The position numbers were made by a program, and so were the translations under genes. Below, piece by piece: positions 1-13,389 of a DNA stretch of 64,000 bases. This DNA comes from Chiloscyllium plagiosum (Eukaryota). Under the pieces are notes generated by a model. It was not told the DNA's origin. It saw nothing but the letters and a program-made list of their open reading frames with translations, and ran no database searches. Within the stretch, counting starts at the first letter, position 1; the number at the start of each line of letters is the position of its first letter. The DNA lies in the NCBI RefSeq assembly GCF_004010195.1, contig NC_057720.1, positions 12,475,139 to 12,539,138 on the forward strand, read 5' to 3'.

Positions 1-416
1 CCACTCTTTTCCCCCCTCTTGCCCTCAGCTTCCTTTCCCTTTTTGCCCTTTGCCAAGCATTGAAGTTGATTTGTTTCCTTTTCACTGCTGCATCCACACC
101 CACCGTCCCCAAGTGCAAAGGACAATTTTACTAAGCCAACAAACCTGTTGCAACGTCTCTAAACATTGCTCGATTTTGCATGTTTCAATTGGTTTCTTAC
201 AAAACACTCATTGTGTAACTGAATTTGGTTTTGTTACTAATTGTTATGACCATTGTTGTGTATTTTTGTCATGTGATCTGCATACTGAGTCTTGAATTCT
301 TACATCTGACTAATTCCTAAAAGTTCGAGTTGCTGCCTCAGGGTTTATTTCACAACCTGTAAGTGTGGTGGAGTGGATTCAGCTCCATCTTTCAAACAGA
401 CATTGAATTAACTCTT

Positions 417-559
417 CTGGATCAGTGGTGCTGGAAGAGCACAGCAATTCACGAAACGTCGATTTTGCCTGTCCTTGGATGCTGCCTGAATTGCTGTGCT
501 CTTCCAGCACCACTGATCCAGAATCTGGTTTCCAGCATCTGCAGTCATTGTTTTTACCT
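417..559. mobile_element. Fold-back Penelope derivative (related subfamily)
   Basis: Inverted arms, GAAACGTC remnant, degenerate TSD CA(T/C)TGAATTAA(C/T)TCTT. Confidence 0.7.
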
Positions 560-1113
560 CACTGAATTAATTCTTGACAAGGCTAGAACTGGTGATATGA
601 AGACTGATTGAATAGCTCTTTCAGAAAGTTGGCATCAGCAACATGGACTGAATAGCTGTGTCCTGTGCTTGAAATCAATGACTGGTATATTATTTGTGTT
701 GTATTTTGTGGCTTCATTGGAGACAAGCATTCAACTCAGCATCGTTTTGCATTTGCATATCACCTTTTGATGTAATAAAACAGCCCCAATCATTCTAAGG
801 TGCTTTATCAAGTTAATCTTGAAAACCTTTTTTGTTCCTACAAAAAGTAGAGAATGATATAGCATTTGGCCCATCATACTTGATGTAAATTTTCTGTTTT
901 TCACCCTGTTTCTAAAATAAAAGATTTTGAAAAGTATATTTGGGAAGGATATTTCAAGAGTGGAGCCTGGATTTACGTCAGGCGTTTCATGTTCTTGGCA
1001 AGTTCCAAAATGTTTTAAAAACAAGTGAAGTTACTATTAAATCTAGTCAATGTTGTCACCATCCATTTGCACGTAGCAAGACCCCACAAAAAGCAAGTGA
1101 TAATAACCAGATA

Positions 1114-1297
1114 GGAGAAAGTGAGGTCTGCAGATGCTGGAGATCAGAGCTGAAAATGTGTTGCTGGAACAGCGCAGCAGGTCAGGCAGCATCTAGGGAA
1201 CCGGAGAATCGACGTTTCGGGCATAAGCCCTTCTTCCTGAAGAAGGGCTTATGCCCGAAACGTCGATTCTCCTGTTCCCTGGATGCTGCCTGACCTG
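1114..1297. mobile_element. Short fold-back Penelope derivative (GGAGAAAGTGAGG family)
   Basis: Inverted arms around ~1235; 13-bp TSD TAATAACCAGATA (1101-1113, 1298-1310). Confidence 0.85.
1237..1264 (+). ncRNA. Minimal type I hammerhead ribozyme core
   Basis: CUGAAGA-A-GGGC(UUAU)GCCC-GAAA-C-GUC: intact core boxes, 4-bp stem II, palindromic ACGU at helix III, GUC triplet. Confidence 0.75.
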
Positions 1298-3684
1298 TAA
1301 TAACCAGATAATCTGTTAATTGTGTTGGTTGAGGGATAAATACAAGTTGGGCCTCTCCAAAATCAATCATTTGAATTTTTAAAGTCTTTCTGGGTGACAG
1401 GCAGTGCCTTGGTTTAATGTTAAGCCTGGAAGGTAGCACTGCTGACAGTACCACATTGGACTGTGAACCTAGATTTAGTGTTGAAGTTTCTGGAGTGAAG
1501 CTTGATTTCTGACTCTCTTAACTGATGGGAACCATCATCAACAAGAGTTACACACCCGCTTGACAATTACCTGCTCACTGCCACTCTAATTTCAATTAAT
1601 TCAGACTCTGGTACAGCCATGATCAGAGATGGACATGTGAGCAAAATGCCAGAACAGATGTGACTGCCTGTGACATTAAGACCTCATTACAATCATTCAC
1701 GTGCTTGACAAATGACCATTCCTCTATTATATGAGCTTGGCAGGGGTGCTGAATACTAATTATTTCAGTGTTCAGTTTCATTTGATCAAGATTTAATTGA
1801 AGATGAGTGCATAACCTCAGTAATATTTCATGGCCTCTTAAACGTATGAAAAATGCTATATCAGTAAGATTTGTTCTTCCAGGATTTGGTGGTTTATTCA
1901 GTATCAGTCATGGAAATGTGTAGTGAATAGTTGTATTTGGTTCCTACTCCTTTGAGACCACTGATGTACGTGCATCCTGCATTTTTCTGCCACATAATCC
2001 ATTTAAAGAGCTGCCTGTGGGTGTATCTCACATCCTCTCTATAACTGAAACCTGATCTGTCATGCCCATTTATTTCTTGTAATTGTCTTTTTCCGATTTT
2101 TCTTTAACTCAAGTTTGATTGCAATTAATATATTCTGAGGTGCTTGCAGCTGTTTAGTGTTCCCTCTGTTGAATTGAATAACCCAGTCTTTGTGTCGGCA
2201 GTTGTAATATTACCAAAATAATTATCATCGAGGAGATGTTAGTAAGTGGGATGCATTGTAATTCCTTTGTAACAGTGGAGCAGTAACTGGAGTTCAAGCA
2301 AAATTGATTGCAGTGTTTAATGAAGATAGGCAAATCTCATTCAACTTTGAATGTGAATGGAGTAATTTCTGTTTTTGTCAATTGGCAAGTGAAGGTTTTG
2401 TGCACCAAAATCAAGCAGTCACATGAAAGACTGGGGAAATTGTCTGCATCCTGTTTCGAAGCAAAATGGTTTTGTGCGTGAAACTTTGTGTAATGGTCAG
2501 CTCTGACAACTTGCAGAATGTTGTATTGATCCTGTCTTCGTGATCATATTTTAACAAGCACAGAAAAACTCAAGTTTTTCCAGTATTAAAAACTCAGTTC
2601 CTTGATTTCCTTAAAACAATCAGATATGCTCATGAATGTAAAGAGAAACAAAAATATTGCACAGTGCCGTTTTCCTTTGTATGCTGTTTTGCATGAATGT
2701 TTTGAATATTTTTATATAAATAGAATGCTGTGACTTGGGATTGGTGCTAGAACCTAAACTTACAATTTATATTTGTTATTCGTGGAATGTGGGCATGTGT
2801 GGCCAGGCCAGCATTATTGCTCATCCTTATTTGCCCAGAGAACAGTTAAGAGTCAACAACATTCTGGAGTCTGGAGTCACATGTAGGATGGACCAAGTTA
2901 GGATTCCAGATTTTATTCCCTAAAGGACATTAGTGAAATGTTTTTTATAGAGCAATAAGACAGTGCTATTTACTGGGTCTGGAGATTGGAAGGAGTGATA
3001 TGCTCTTATTGTCGGATGTGGAAATTTTGGGAGCGTTTTAGGGTTACTGAGGATTATATCTGCAATAAATGTTGTTGGCTGTGAATCCTGACATATTGAA
3101 TGGATTGGTTGGAGTGACAGTTAGAGGCACTGAGGAATTTACAAGAGCTGGGGGTGTGATGGATGGCAGTTACAGGAGGGGAGAAAAGCCACAAATAAAG
3201 TCAGATGGAGGGATTAACTCCAGCAAGGTAGGCAGTAGTACGGTGTCTTCTGTGGCTATCCCCATTTCAAACAAGTATGCCGTTTTGGAAATCGTAGGGG
3301 GTGATGGATGAACAGTCTGGTATCGAGGCTGGCTCTAATGAGGGGCACATCAGGTTCCAAACGATTGATTCTGTTGGGGGACTCTCTAGTCAGGGGCACA
3401 GGCTGATGTTTATGCAGCCAGCAGAGAAAAATCAGAATGGTGTGTTGCCTCCCTGGTGCCAGGTTCAAGGGTGTCTCAGAGGGTGCAGAATGTTCTCAAA
3501 GGGGGGAGGGACCAGCAGGAGGTCATTGTACACATTTGGTACCAATGACATAGGAAGGGAAAAAGGTGAGATTCTGAAGTGACAGTACAGAAAGTTAGGC
3601 AGGAATTTTAAAAAGGTGGTCCTCGAGGGTAATAATATCTGGATTACTCCTGGTGCTATGAGCTAGTGTGGATAGGAATAGGAG

Positions 3685-4439
3685 TTTTGAGAAGATTTGT
3701 AGCTCAGTTTGAGGTTCTGGATGCAGGTTTGCTCGCTGAGCTGGAAGGTTCATTTCCAAACATTTTGTCACCCTACTGGGCAACTTCTTCAGTGAGCCTC
3801 TGGGCGAAGTACTGCTGATGATTCCTGCTTTCTTTTTATATGTTTGGGTTTCTTTGGGTTGGTGATGTCATTTCCCGATCTTTTTCTCAGGGGATGGTAG
3901 GTGGTGTCTAACTTGATGTCTTTGTTGATAGAGTTCCGGTTGGAATGCCATGCTCCTAGGAATCCTTGTGCGTGTCTCTGTTTAGCTTGTCCTAGGATAG
4001 ATGTGTTGTCCCAGTCGAAGTGGTGCCCTTCTTTATCTGTATGTAAGGATACTAGTGATGGATGTGTTGTCCAAGCTGAAGTGGTGTCCTTCCTTTTGTG
4101 GCTGTGACCCTCTCTCACTAGTATCCTTACATACAGATAAAGAAGGACACCACTTTGACTGGGACAACACATCTATCCTAGGATAAGCCAAACAGAGACA
4201 TGCACAAGAATTCCTAGAAGCATGGCATTCCAACCGGAACTCGATCAACAAACACATCTAGTTAGACACCGTCTACCACCCCCTGACAAAAAGAACAGGA
4301 AATGACATCACCAACCCAAAAAAAAAATAGAAAGCAGGAATCGTCAACAATGCTTCACCTGAAGGCCCACTGAAGATGTCATCTAGTAGGGTGACGAAAT
4401 GTCAGGAAGTGAACCTACTCAGCAAGCAAACCTGCATCC
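3685..4439. mobile_element. Fold-back Penelope-like element nested in CR1 ORF1
   Basis: Two inverted arms of GIY-YIG C-terminus (HFDWDNTSILGQAKQRHA..FL.AWHS) plus pLTR; 11-bp direct repeat AGGAATAGGAG at 3674-3684 and 4440-4450. Confidence 0.85.
4370..4403 (+). ncRNA. Minimal hammerhead core in Penelope pLTR
   Basis: CUGAAGA-U-GUCAUC(UAGUA)GGGUGAC-GAAA-U-GUC. Confidence 0.65.
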
Positions 4440-4489
4440 AGGAATAGGAGGATAGAGCAGATGAATGCGTGGCTGAAGTGCTGGTGTAT

Positions 4490-4761
4490 GATTAGATTAC
4501 CTACAGTGTGGAAACAGGCCCTTCAGCCCAACAAGTCCATACCAACCCTTTGAAGAGTAACCTACTCAGACCCATTTCCCTCTGACTAATGCAGCAAACA
4601 CCATGAGCAATTTAGCATGGCTAATTCACCTGAGCTGCACCTCTTCGGACTGTGGGAGGAACCCGGAGCACCCAGAGGAAACCCACACAGACACGGGGAG
4701 AATGTGCAAACTCCACACAGACAGTTGCCCGAGGCTGGAATCGAACCTGGGACCCTGGTGC
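4490..4761 (-). mobile_element. HE1-type SINE, 5' end missing, nested in CR1 ORF1
   Basis: Shared body and ATTAG tail. Confidence 0.85.
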
Positions 4762-5139
4762 CCCATTGGGAGAAGGTTTGACATTTTTGGATCATTGGAA
4801 TTTCTTCTGGGGTAGAATTGACCTGTACAAGAAGGATGGATTGCACCTGAATTAGAAGGGGACTAATATACTGGAAGGGAGAATAGCTGGAGCTGCTCGG
4901 GAGGATTTAAATTAATAAGGAGGGCCAGGGTGGGACTTGGAGAGATAGTGAGGAAAGAGATCAATCTGAGACTGGTACAGTTGAGAAAAGAAACTAGTGA
5001 AACTGTTAGGGCAGGCAGGAACAAAGCAGAGAACAAGGTAGGACTGATAAATTAAACTGCATTTACTTCAATGCAAGAGGCCTCACAGGGAAGGGAGATG
5101 AACTCAGGGCATGTTTAGGGACATGGGAGTGGTATATCA

Positions 5140-5639
5140 NNNNNNNNNNNNNNNNNNNNNNNNNNNNNNNNNNNNNNNNNNNNNNNNNNNNNNNNNNNNN
5201 NNNNNNNNNNNNNNNNNNNNNNNNNNNNNNNNNNNNNNNNNNNNNNNNNNNNNNNNNNNNNNNNNNNNNNNNNNNNNNNNNNNNNNNNNNNNNNNNNNNN
5301 NNNNNNNNNNNNNNNNNNNNNNNNNNNNNNNNNNNNNNNNNNNNNNNNNNNNNNNNNNNNNNNNNNNNNNNNNNNNNNNNNNNNNNNNNNNNNNNNNNNN
5401 NNNNNNNNNNNNNNNNNNNNNNNNNNNNNNNNNNNNNNNNNNNNNNNNNNNNNNNNNNNNNNNNNNNNNNNNNNNNNNNNNNNNNNNNNNNNNNNNNNNN
5501 NNNNNNNNNNNNNNNNNNNNNNNNNNNNNNNNNNNNNNNNNNNNNNNNNNNNNNNNNNNNNNNNNNNNNNNNNNNNNNNNNNNNNNNNNNNNNNNNNNNN
5601 NNNNNNNNNNNNNNNNNNNNNNNNNNNNNNNNNNNNNNN
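5140..5639. other. Assembly gap (500 N)
   Basis: Run of N; ORFs spanning it are artefacts. Confidence 1.
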
Positions 5640-6756
5640 TACAGGGGGAACTAACCATTTAGATACAGAACTGGCTCGACGGTAGAAGACAGAGGGTGGT
5701 GGTGGAGGGTTGTTTTTCAGACTGGAGGCCTGTGACCAGTGGGGTGCCACAAGGATCGGTGCTGGGTCAACTACTTTTCTTCATTTATATAAATTATTTA
5801 GATATAAGCATAGCAGGTACAGTTAGTAAGTTAGTGGGCCAATGGGCTGAGGAGTGGCAGATGGAGTTTAATTTAGCTAAATGCGAGGTGCTGTGTTTTT
5901 GGAAAGCAAATCTTTGCAGGACGTATACACTTAACGGTAAGGTCTGAGGGAGTGTTTCTGAACAAAGAGACCTTGGAGTGCAGGTTTGTATCTCCTTGAA
6001 AGTGGAGTCGCAGGTAGATAGGATGCAATCTCAGAATAAAGGCTGCACATTAAGACACCGGTGAGGATTTTCTATTCTGATGGTAGTGAATCCGTGGAAC
6101 TCTGCTCCAATGTCTTATGGTCTTACACAAAGTTTTGCACAGCTTTTCTGCTGATGTATTATTTTCTGTGTCTTTTGATAACACTTAATGTTGGAGCACA
6201 CACGATTGCTGAATTGTACAATGTGTAAACGTGGACAATGAAGCTTGTAATACTTTTGCAGAAAGCACATCAATACTGTCAAAGTTATGAGAAGAACTGG
6301 AGGTCAGAGCTACTAGTTCCTCCTCCACCTTCTCCCATCGATTTTCCCCCCCACTACCCCAAATCCACATTGCAAACTTGGGAGAAGAGGTCTTGTGTTG
6401 TTCAGCAGGGTGGTTATGGTTCCCCTGTTGATTCTGAAAATCATCAGTGACTGAAGGTTGAAAGCTTCCTTTTGGTGAACTTCAGTTAATTTTATAAACC
6501 TAAATTTGTTGAGCACTTCAGATTGTTAGTTGATCCACCCAAATTAATTGAGATGGGGTGAGTTTAAAAAAATGTTGTTTTGTGTGTGACCTTTATTTGA
6601 ACTTGGTGTACAAATTACTGCACAACAAAAAGAATATTGATGGACATTTGGCAGCATTGGCACAAGACTAAAGATCTGTTAAGGCTAACAATTAAAATAG
6701 ACAAAAGCACAACGTTGCTATTTCAAACAATGCAAAAGTGAGTTTGTTGCAAGATT

Positions 6757-6890
6757 GTGGGCGGCACGGTTAGTGTTAGGTAAGGGGTAAATGTAGGGGT
6801 ATGGGTGGGTTACGCTTCGGTGGGTCGGTGTGGACTTGTTGGGCCGAAGGGCCTGTTTCCACACAGTAATGTAATGTAATCTAATCTAAT
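6757..6890 (+). mobile_element. Internally deleted HE1-type SINE
   Basis: GTGGGCGGCACGG joined directly to the 3' part (TAGTGTTAGG...) and tail. Confidence 0.8.
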
Positions 6891-8875
6891 TGGACTGTCC
6901 ACTTATTGGCCTGTAGTTTTGAATGTTTACAGGTTTTGGATTTTTCTTAATAAACATGGCGAATGGTCCACTCTTGCCGCATAAACCAATGCTTTTATCT
7001 TCCTAATCCATCAGTTTCTTTTGGAAATCTGTGAAAGTGCAGCAAAGTCGATTTTGAGTCCAGATTCAGATTATTTTGCATGAACCTAGTGATATTCCCC
7101 AAAGTTTAAAGGTTTAATTTAGTTGCTGAAATAATGTGTTTCTTCCCTGGGGAAGCTGATAACAAGTGGACGTAAGGCTAAAATGAGAGGTACACTGTTC
7201 AACGTTGAGACCATACAAAACTTCTACATGGTCGTGGAAAGTTGCATAACCCATGTTTCCCCAGCTCCCCCCTCAAAAGGATGTTGCAAATTGCTTTTTA
7301 AGTAAAGGTATCAGATGGTAGAAATCAGAACAGCATTTGACAGTGTGGCATCAAAGATCCCAAGCAAAATTCAAGTTGATAAAATCTGTTGCTTGGAATA
7401 TATTAAAGATTGTTGTGGTTGTTTTTCAGTCAATTAATTCTCATGATATGACTCCCTAAGTTTCTCACGGTAGCTTTCAAGGCCCAACCATCTTCAGTTG
7501 CTTCATGAATAACCTTTCCTTCAACAGCTGTGGGAATGTTTGCTGATTGCATCCAGTTGAGTACCATTTGCAGTTCCTCAGATAATGAAGCAGTCAGTGT
7601 TCCGATGAAATAAGATCTGTATGGTATTTCGTATTGGGCTGACAAATGACCAATTTCTTGATTCCAACCAATTTCAACTTGAGGTTTAATTTCAATGTAC
7701 TTTGTCAGTTTCTCTTTATAAATGTCTCCAGCAGTTTGTCTTTATGTTGCTTTCCCTTAGGAATTTGACATCATTGGATTGCTACAAGAATCTGAGCTTG
7801 GGACCATGTTTATATGAATGACGTGAAAGTAGATCTTAAAAAATTTCCCATGTTCACTGAGTATGTAAATGCATGTGCAAAACCTATAAGCTGGGTAGAA
7901 ATGCTGGTCCCCCAGCCTGCTCAAGGCACTGAACAGCGCAATTTGAGTCAATACTTACTTCAGTTATCACCCAGGCCAATACAACCATTTTCCTGCACCA
8001 CTGTAATCTCTGGAGACACAAAAACTGGTACCCAGGAGCAGGCTGCTCAATTACTTAGGTGTGTGTTTGTGTGAGAAAGAGAATATGGACATGGGAAAAT
8101 GTAAGATTAAGGGTGGTTTATTTAAAGCTTTCAGTAATTTGAAAGGAATCATTGTAAGCTGTTTGCCTCTCTTGGTGAAGAAGTCTAGGCCTTTGGGATG
8201 CAGACTTAAAATCATTCATGGAAGAAGTTGAGAAGCATTTTCTCGTGCAAAGAATTGTGAAATTTGGAATGTTCTCCAACAACCATGTTTACTTTTTTAA
8301 AAAATGTCTGCACTTGTTTTAGCCTGCTGTATCAAGGGATGTGGAGCTAAGATGGACAAATGAAGTTGGGATCCAAATCAGACAGAATCCTTTTGAATGG
8401 CAGAACAGTCTTTGGGGCTGGATAACCTAATCCTATTCTCAAGTGAAGAGTACAAGCTGTATGCAATTGATTGCTACGGGAGGGAGTAGGGACTGACTGC
8501 ATCAACAAATTCAACAGTTACTTGCATAGAAGGAAAATGACCAATCAGGATAGGGATAATGTGCTCATGGAGAACAGCCAGTGGAAATGCAGTAGTTTTT
8601 GCTAATCCTGAATGTTTCTGTGTGCATGTCTTTGGTCTTGGGCCGAATTCCTACTTGTTTAAGAAATCCTAGTGTAAGAAGGTTGACTACATTGATTTAA
8701 CTCCTCACGTATTTCAGGTCCACTCACCGACATTATCTAACTGTGTGGACTGTGTACCATCTGTAGGATTTTTATTAATTTGGGGAGCATTAAGTGACGC
8801 AGTAAATGAAAGCTGGCAATAGTAGCGCTCCCTTGTTGACTATTTCTTGAACACAGTTGGTTGTTTCATTATTTA

Positions 8876-9001
8876 GGAGAAAGTGAGGACTGCAGATCAG
8901 AGCTTAAAAATGTGTTGTTGGAAAAGCACAGCAGGTCAGGCAGCATCCAAGGAACAGGAGAATCGACGTTTCTGGCATAAGCCCTTCATCTGAAGAAGCT
9001 C
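8876..9001 (-). mobile_element. Short Penelope derivative (GGAGAAAGTGAGG family)
   Basis: Same terminus; TSD TGTTTCATTATTT (8862-8874, 9002-9014). Confidence 0.8.
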
Positions 9002-10735
9002 TGTTTCATTATTTGGCAATGTTTGCACAGGCAAGCCAAATATTATAATTGAAGGTACTTGGAATTTGCTAAATAGTGGATAGAGCTTGGTAGCTGCATT
9101 GTGTGGTTCTGTACAGAATGAGAGCATTTCACTCTAATGTGTGATAAGCTTGTATAAACATACATTTATATTTGAACTGGTGTGCCATAACTTCCTGCAC
9201 TGAGTCAGTGCATCCTATTTAATTGGGTAAAATTGTGTTCCAGTGGTGAGATTGTGGCCAGTGTGCTGTACACATTTTGAATTCGGCAGCATGGTTAGGA
9301 CGCTACTTGTTATGGTCATATTCATCATGTTTAGCACTTTGTTCCCAAGTTCTTGACTAACATAGGCACTTGTTCAAGAATGCTGCATGAAGAGGGATTT
9401 GAATTAATTTATTTTGTATGAGTCAAACTGAGGATATCTCATGCTTTACAGCCAGTAAATTACTTCTGAAGTGAGATTTCATATTTAAATCCTTAGTTTA
9501 ATTTTAATCAATTTGCCACATTTTGCACTGTGCTGTGGTTTCAGTGAAAACATGAGGCTGCTTATCAAAATAGATGATATTCATTTTTTTTTCATCTTGA
9601 CAGCATGAGTCATCTTGGAACTGGCAAGCCTGATCTTGTCTTTAGATGATTTTCCAGCCTGGAATGGAAACCTTGCTAGCTTTTCTCCTTCCCTTGGAAT
9701 TATTGAATTATAACAATCAGCTTTTATCAACTAGTTTGCAAACAGTTTATTAACACACGAAATGAGGAGAACTCAAGTGATGGAGAGCTTTGGGAGTTGT
9801 GTTGAAAATCACTACCTGTTCATTCCCTGTTAGATACAGCACATGTCCTTTCTAAAATTACTCATGCAAATTACAATATTCCAAAATGTTATTTTTGGCA
9901 AAATATTTATCCCTTTCACATTCAAGACACTCAATACATTGTACTAAATCTGTGAAACTGTTGTGTGGCCATCAGTCACAGTTGGGATTTTCAATCAAAC
10001 TGAAGATAAGGGAGGCTATTGATTCTATCATCTTTCATCTTGAAACAACAAAAAAGCTGTCTCTGGATATGAATGGCACTCGATCAGAATTTAATGCCCT
10101 ACCTAGGTTTTTACTGGAACTAAATGGCTTTCGAGGCTGCCTCAGTAGTTAAGTGCCAACTGGTAAGGGACTTGTCACATGCACTGTGGTTAAAGCTGAC
10201 GATGCTTTTACAAAGGTTATCAGTGAGCCAGTTAAGTTTCAGGCAAACTTTTGACTTTGTTTTGACCTGGTGAATGCTGGGGTATTAAGAAAAAAAATAA
10301 TTAATATTTATGCTTTGTGGTTCAGATGATAGAGAGCTTTCCATGAACATCTGAGCCCACCAACGAGACCACTCAAATAAGGAAGCTATTTTTGAAATGC
10401 AAAAACAAGGATGCAGCGAGGTAAAGTTAAGCACTGCCTGTTTATTTTGTCGTAGAATAGTTCAATCTTTTTCATCGATCCTAAAGTGAACACCAATAGC
10501 AGAGTCAAGATTAACTCAAAGGGATAAATCTTGATAAAATGCATATTAGTAGTTTAGAATAGAGAAGGTTGAAGTGGAATGACTGAGGTGATTTAATTGT
10601 TTTGCGTATATTTGAGAGTGCATGAAGAGAGGAAGGAATTCTTCAGCGGTTTTACAATTTGACTTGTCAGTTTCTACAATAAATTGATACAGTAGATCAG
10701 TGTAAAGCAAAAGCTCTCAATGATCTCAATGGTTT

Positions 10736-13112
10736 AGGTGGAGAGGAATTCAAGTGTGTACAGGAAAATGTTATGATTTAGTATGTGGATGCACCGACGA
10801 GAAAAGATGCGAAACTTAACCTACTCTTGGGAAATAAGGCAGGGCAAGTGACTGAGGTGTCAGTGGAGGGACAGTTTGGGAACAGCAACCATAATTCTAT
10901 TAGTTTTAAAAAGAATAGACCAGATCTAAAAGTTGAAGTTCTAAATTGGAGGAAGGCTAATTTTGACGGTATTAGGCAAGAACTTTCAAAAGCTGACTGG
11001 AGGTAGATGTTTGCAGGACAAGGGACGGCTAGAAAATGGGAAGACTTCAGAAATGAGATAACAAGAGTCTGGATACAGTATATTCCTGTTGGGGTGAAAG
11101 GGAAGACTGGCAATTATAGGGAATGCTGGATGACTAAAGAAATTGAAGGTTTGGATAAGAAAAAAGGGAATAGACTGGAGAGATCCATTGAATCCTTGGA
11201 CTGTAAAGGCAGTAGGAGTATACTTAAGAGGCAAATCAGGGTGGCAAAAAGGGGACATGAGATAGCTGTGGCAATTAGGGTTAAGGAGAACCTAAAGGGC
11301 TTTTATAAATACTTTTAAAGACAAAAGGGTAACTAAGGAGAGAATAGGGCCCCTCAAAGATCAGCAAGGCAGTCGATGTGTGGTCCGCAGGGGGTGGGGG
11401 AAGATACTAAACGATTATTTTGCATCGGTGTTTACTGTGGAGAAGGACATGGAAGGTATAGAATGTGGGGAAATAGATCGTGACATCTTGAGAAATGTTC
11501 ATAATGCAGAGGAGGAGGTGCTGCATATCTTGAAAATGCATAAGAGTGGATAAACCCCCAGTACCTGATCAGGTGTACCCTACAACTCTGTGGGAAGCTA
11601 GAGAAAGATTGCTGGGCCTCTTGCTGAGATATTTGTATCTTTGACAGTCACAGATGAGGTGCCAGAAGACTGGAGGGTGGCTAACGTGGTATCACTATTT
11701 AAGAAAGGTGGTAAGAACAAGCCAGGGAACTGTAGATTGGTGAGCCTGACGTCGATGGTGGTCAGGTTGTTGGAGGGAACCATGAGGGACAGGCTTTACA
11801 CGTATTTGGAAAGGTGTGGACTGATTAGGGATTGTCAGCATGACTTTGTGCGTGGGAAAGCATGTTTCATGAACTTGATTGAGTTTTTTTTTGAAGAAGT
11901 TACAAAGAGGATTGATGAGGGCAGAGTGGTGGACTTGATCTATATGGAGTTTGGTGAGGCGTTCGACAAGATTCCCCATGGCAGCCTGGTTAGCAAAGTT
12001 AGATCTCACGGAGAACTAGCCATTTGGATACAGAACTGGCTCAAAGGTAGAAGACAGAGGGTGGTGGTGGATGGTTGGTTTTCAGACTGGAGGCCTGTGA
12101 CCAGGGAATTGCCACAAGGATCAGTGCTGGGTCCATTACTTTCCATCATTTACTTAAATTATTTGGATGTGAACATGGGAGTTATAGTTAGTAAGTTTGC
12201 AGATGATATCAAAATTGGAGGTGTAATGGACAGTGAAGAAGGTTCCCTCTGAGTACAATGGGCTCTTGATCAAATGGGCCATTGGGCTGAGGAGTGGCAG
12301 GTGGAGTTTAATTTAGATAAATGTGGGGTGTTGCATTTTGGAAAAACAAATCAGAGCAGGACTTATACACTTAATGGTGAAGTCCTCTGGAGTGTTGCTG
12401 GTCAAAGAGACCTTGGAGCTCAGGTTCATAGCTTCTTTAAAATAGAGTCGTAAGTAGATAGGATAGTGACGAAGGCATTTGGTATGCTTTCCTTTATTGG
12501 TTAGTGTATTGAGTACAGGAGTTGGGAGGACATGTTGCGGCTGTCCAGGACATTGGTTAGGCCACTGTTGGAATATTGTGTCCAATTTTAGTCGTTTTCC
12601 TATCAGAAGGATGTTGTGAAACTTGAAAGGGTTCAGAAAAGATTTACAAGGCTGTTGCCAGGGTTGGAGGATTTGAGTTATAGGGAGAGGCTGAATAGGC
12701 TGAGGCTGTTTTCCCAGGAGCATTGGAGGTTGAGGGGTGACCTTTTAGAGGTTTATAAAATCAAGAGGGGCATGGATAGGAGAAATAGAGAAAGTCTTTT
12801 TCCCAGGGTCAGGAAGTCCAGAACTAGAGGGCATAGGTTTAGGGTGAGAGGGGAAAGACATAAAAGAGACCTAAGGGGCAACGTTTTCAGACAGATGGTT
12901 GTGTGTCTATGGAATGAGCTTCCAGAGGAAGTGGTGGAGACTGGTACAATTACAGCATTTAAAAGGCATCTGGATGGTTATATGAATAGGAAGGGTTTAG
13001 AGGGATATGTGCCAAGTTCTGGCAAATGGGACTAGTTAGGTTGTGATATCTGGTCAGCATGGATGAGTTGGACTGAAGGGTCTGTTTCTGTGCTATACAT
13101 CTCTGTGACTCT
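10736..13112 (+). mobile_element. 5'-truncated CR1/HER1-type LINE
   Basis: Broken ORF2: PEDWRVANV, EFFFEEVTK, PQGSVLGP, KFADDIKIGG, KLERVQKRFTR, RTRGHRFRV; typical 3' UTR. Confidence 0.93.
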
Positions 13113-13389
13113 ATATCAGTTGGGGACCAGCAATGGATTTCATAGAATCCCCAGTGTGGAAACAGGCCCTTTAGCCCAACAAGTTCACCAGAAAAAAACC
13201 CCTTTTTTTTAAATCAAGCTTGGATTATGTTAAACCTTTTGTCCAAGGGAGCATTTCAATTCTGTTTGTAATATGAAAGATGAAATCCATTTGATTGCAA
13301 ATTTGAGTTTTTCAGTTTCATTCTCCTGATTTCATTGGTTAATGAAGTAAACAGATAAACTCTGAAAATGGTAAATAGTGAAAATGGTC

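Larger units (their letters stand above)
2990..6023 (+). mobile_element. Decayed CR1-clade LINE retaining ORF1, with nested insertions and a gap
   Basis: ORF1 zinc finger VICSYCRMW..DYICNKC; IPISNKYAVL; esterase motifs GTNDIG and DLYKKDGLHLN; endonuclease start LNCIYFNARGL (~5052); after the gap, RT motif [12 protein letters not shown]. Assumes both sides of the gap belong to one element. Confidence 0.82.

Noticed and set aside
5111..5750. Long ORFs in the track
   Set aside because: Consist of X residues from the N gap.
6238..6450. Pro-rich ORF after a weak acceptor
   Set aside because: No similarity to the GIPC N-terminus or any protein I recognise; no supporting donor or poly(A) context.
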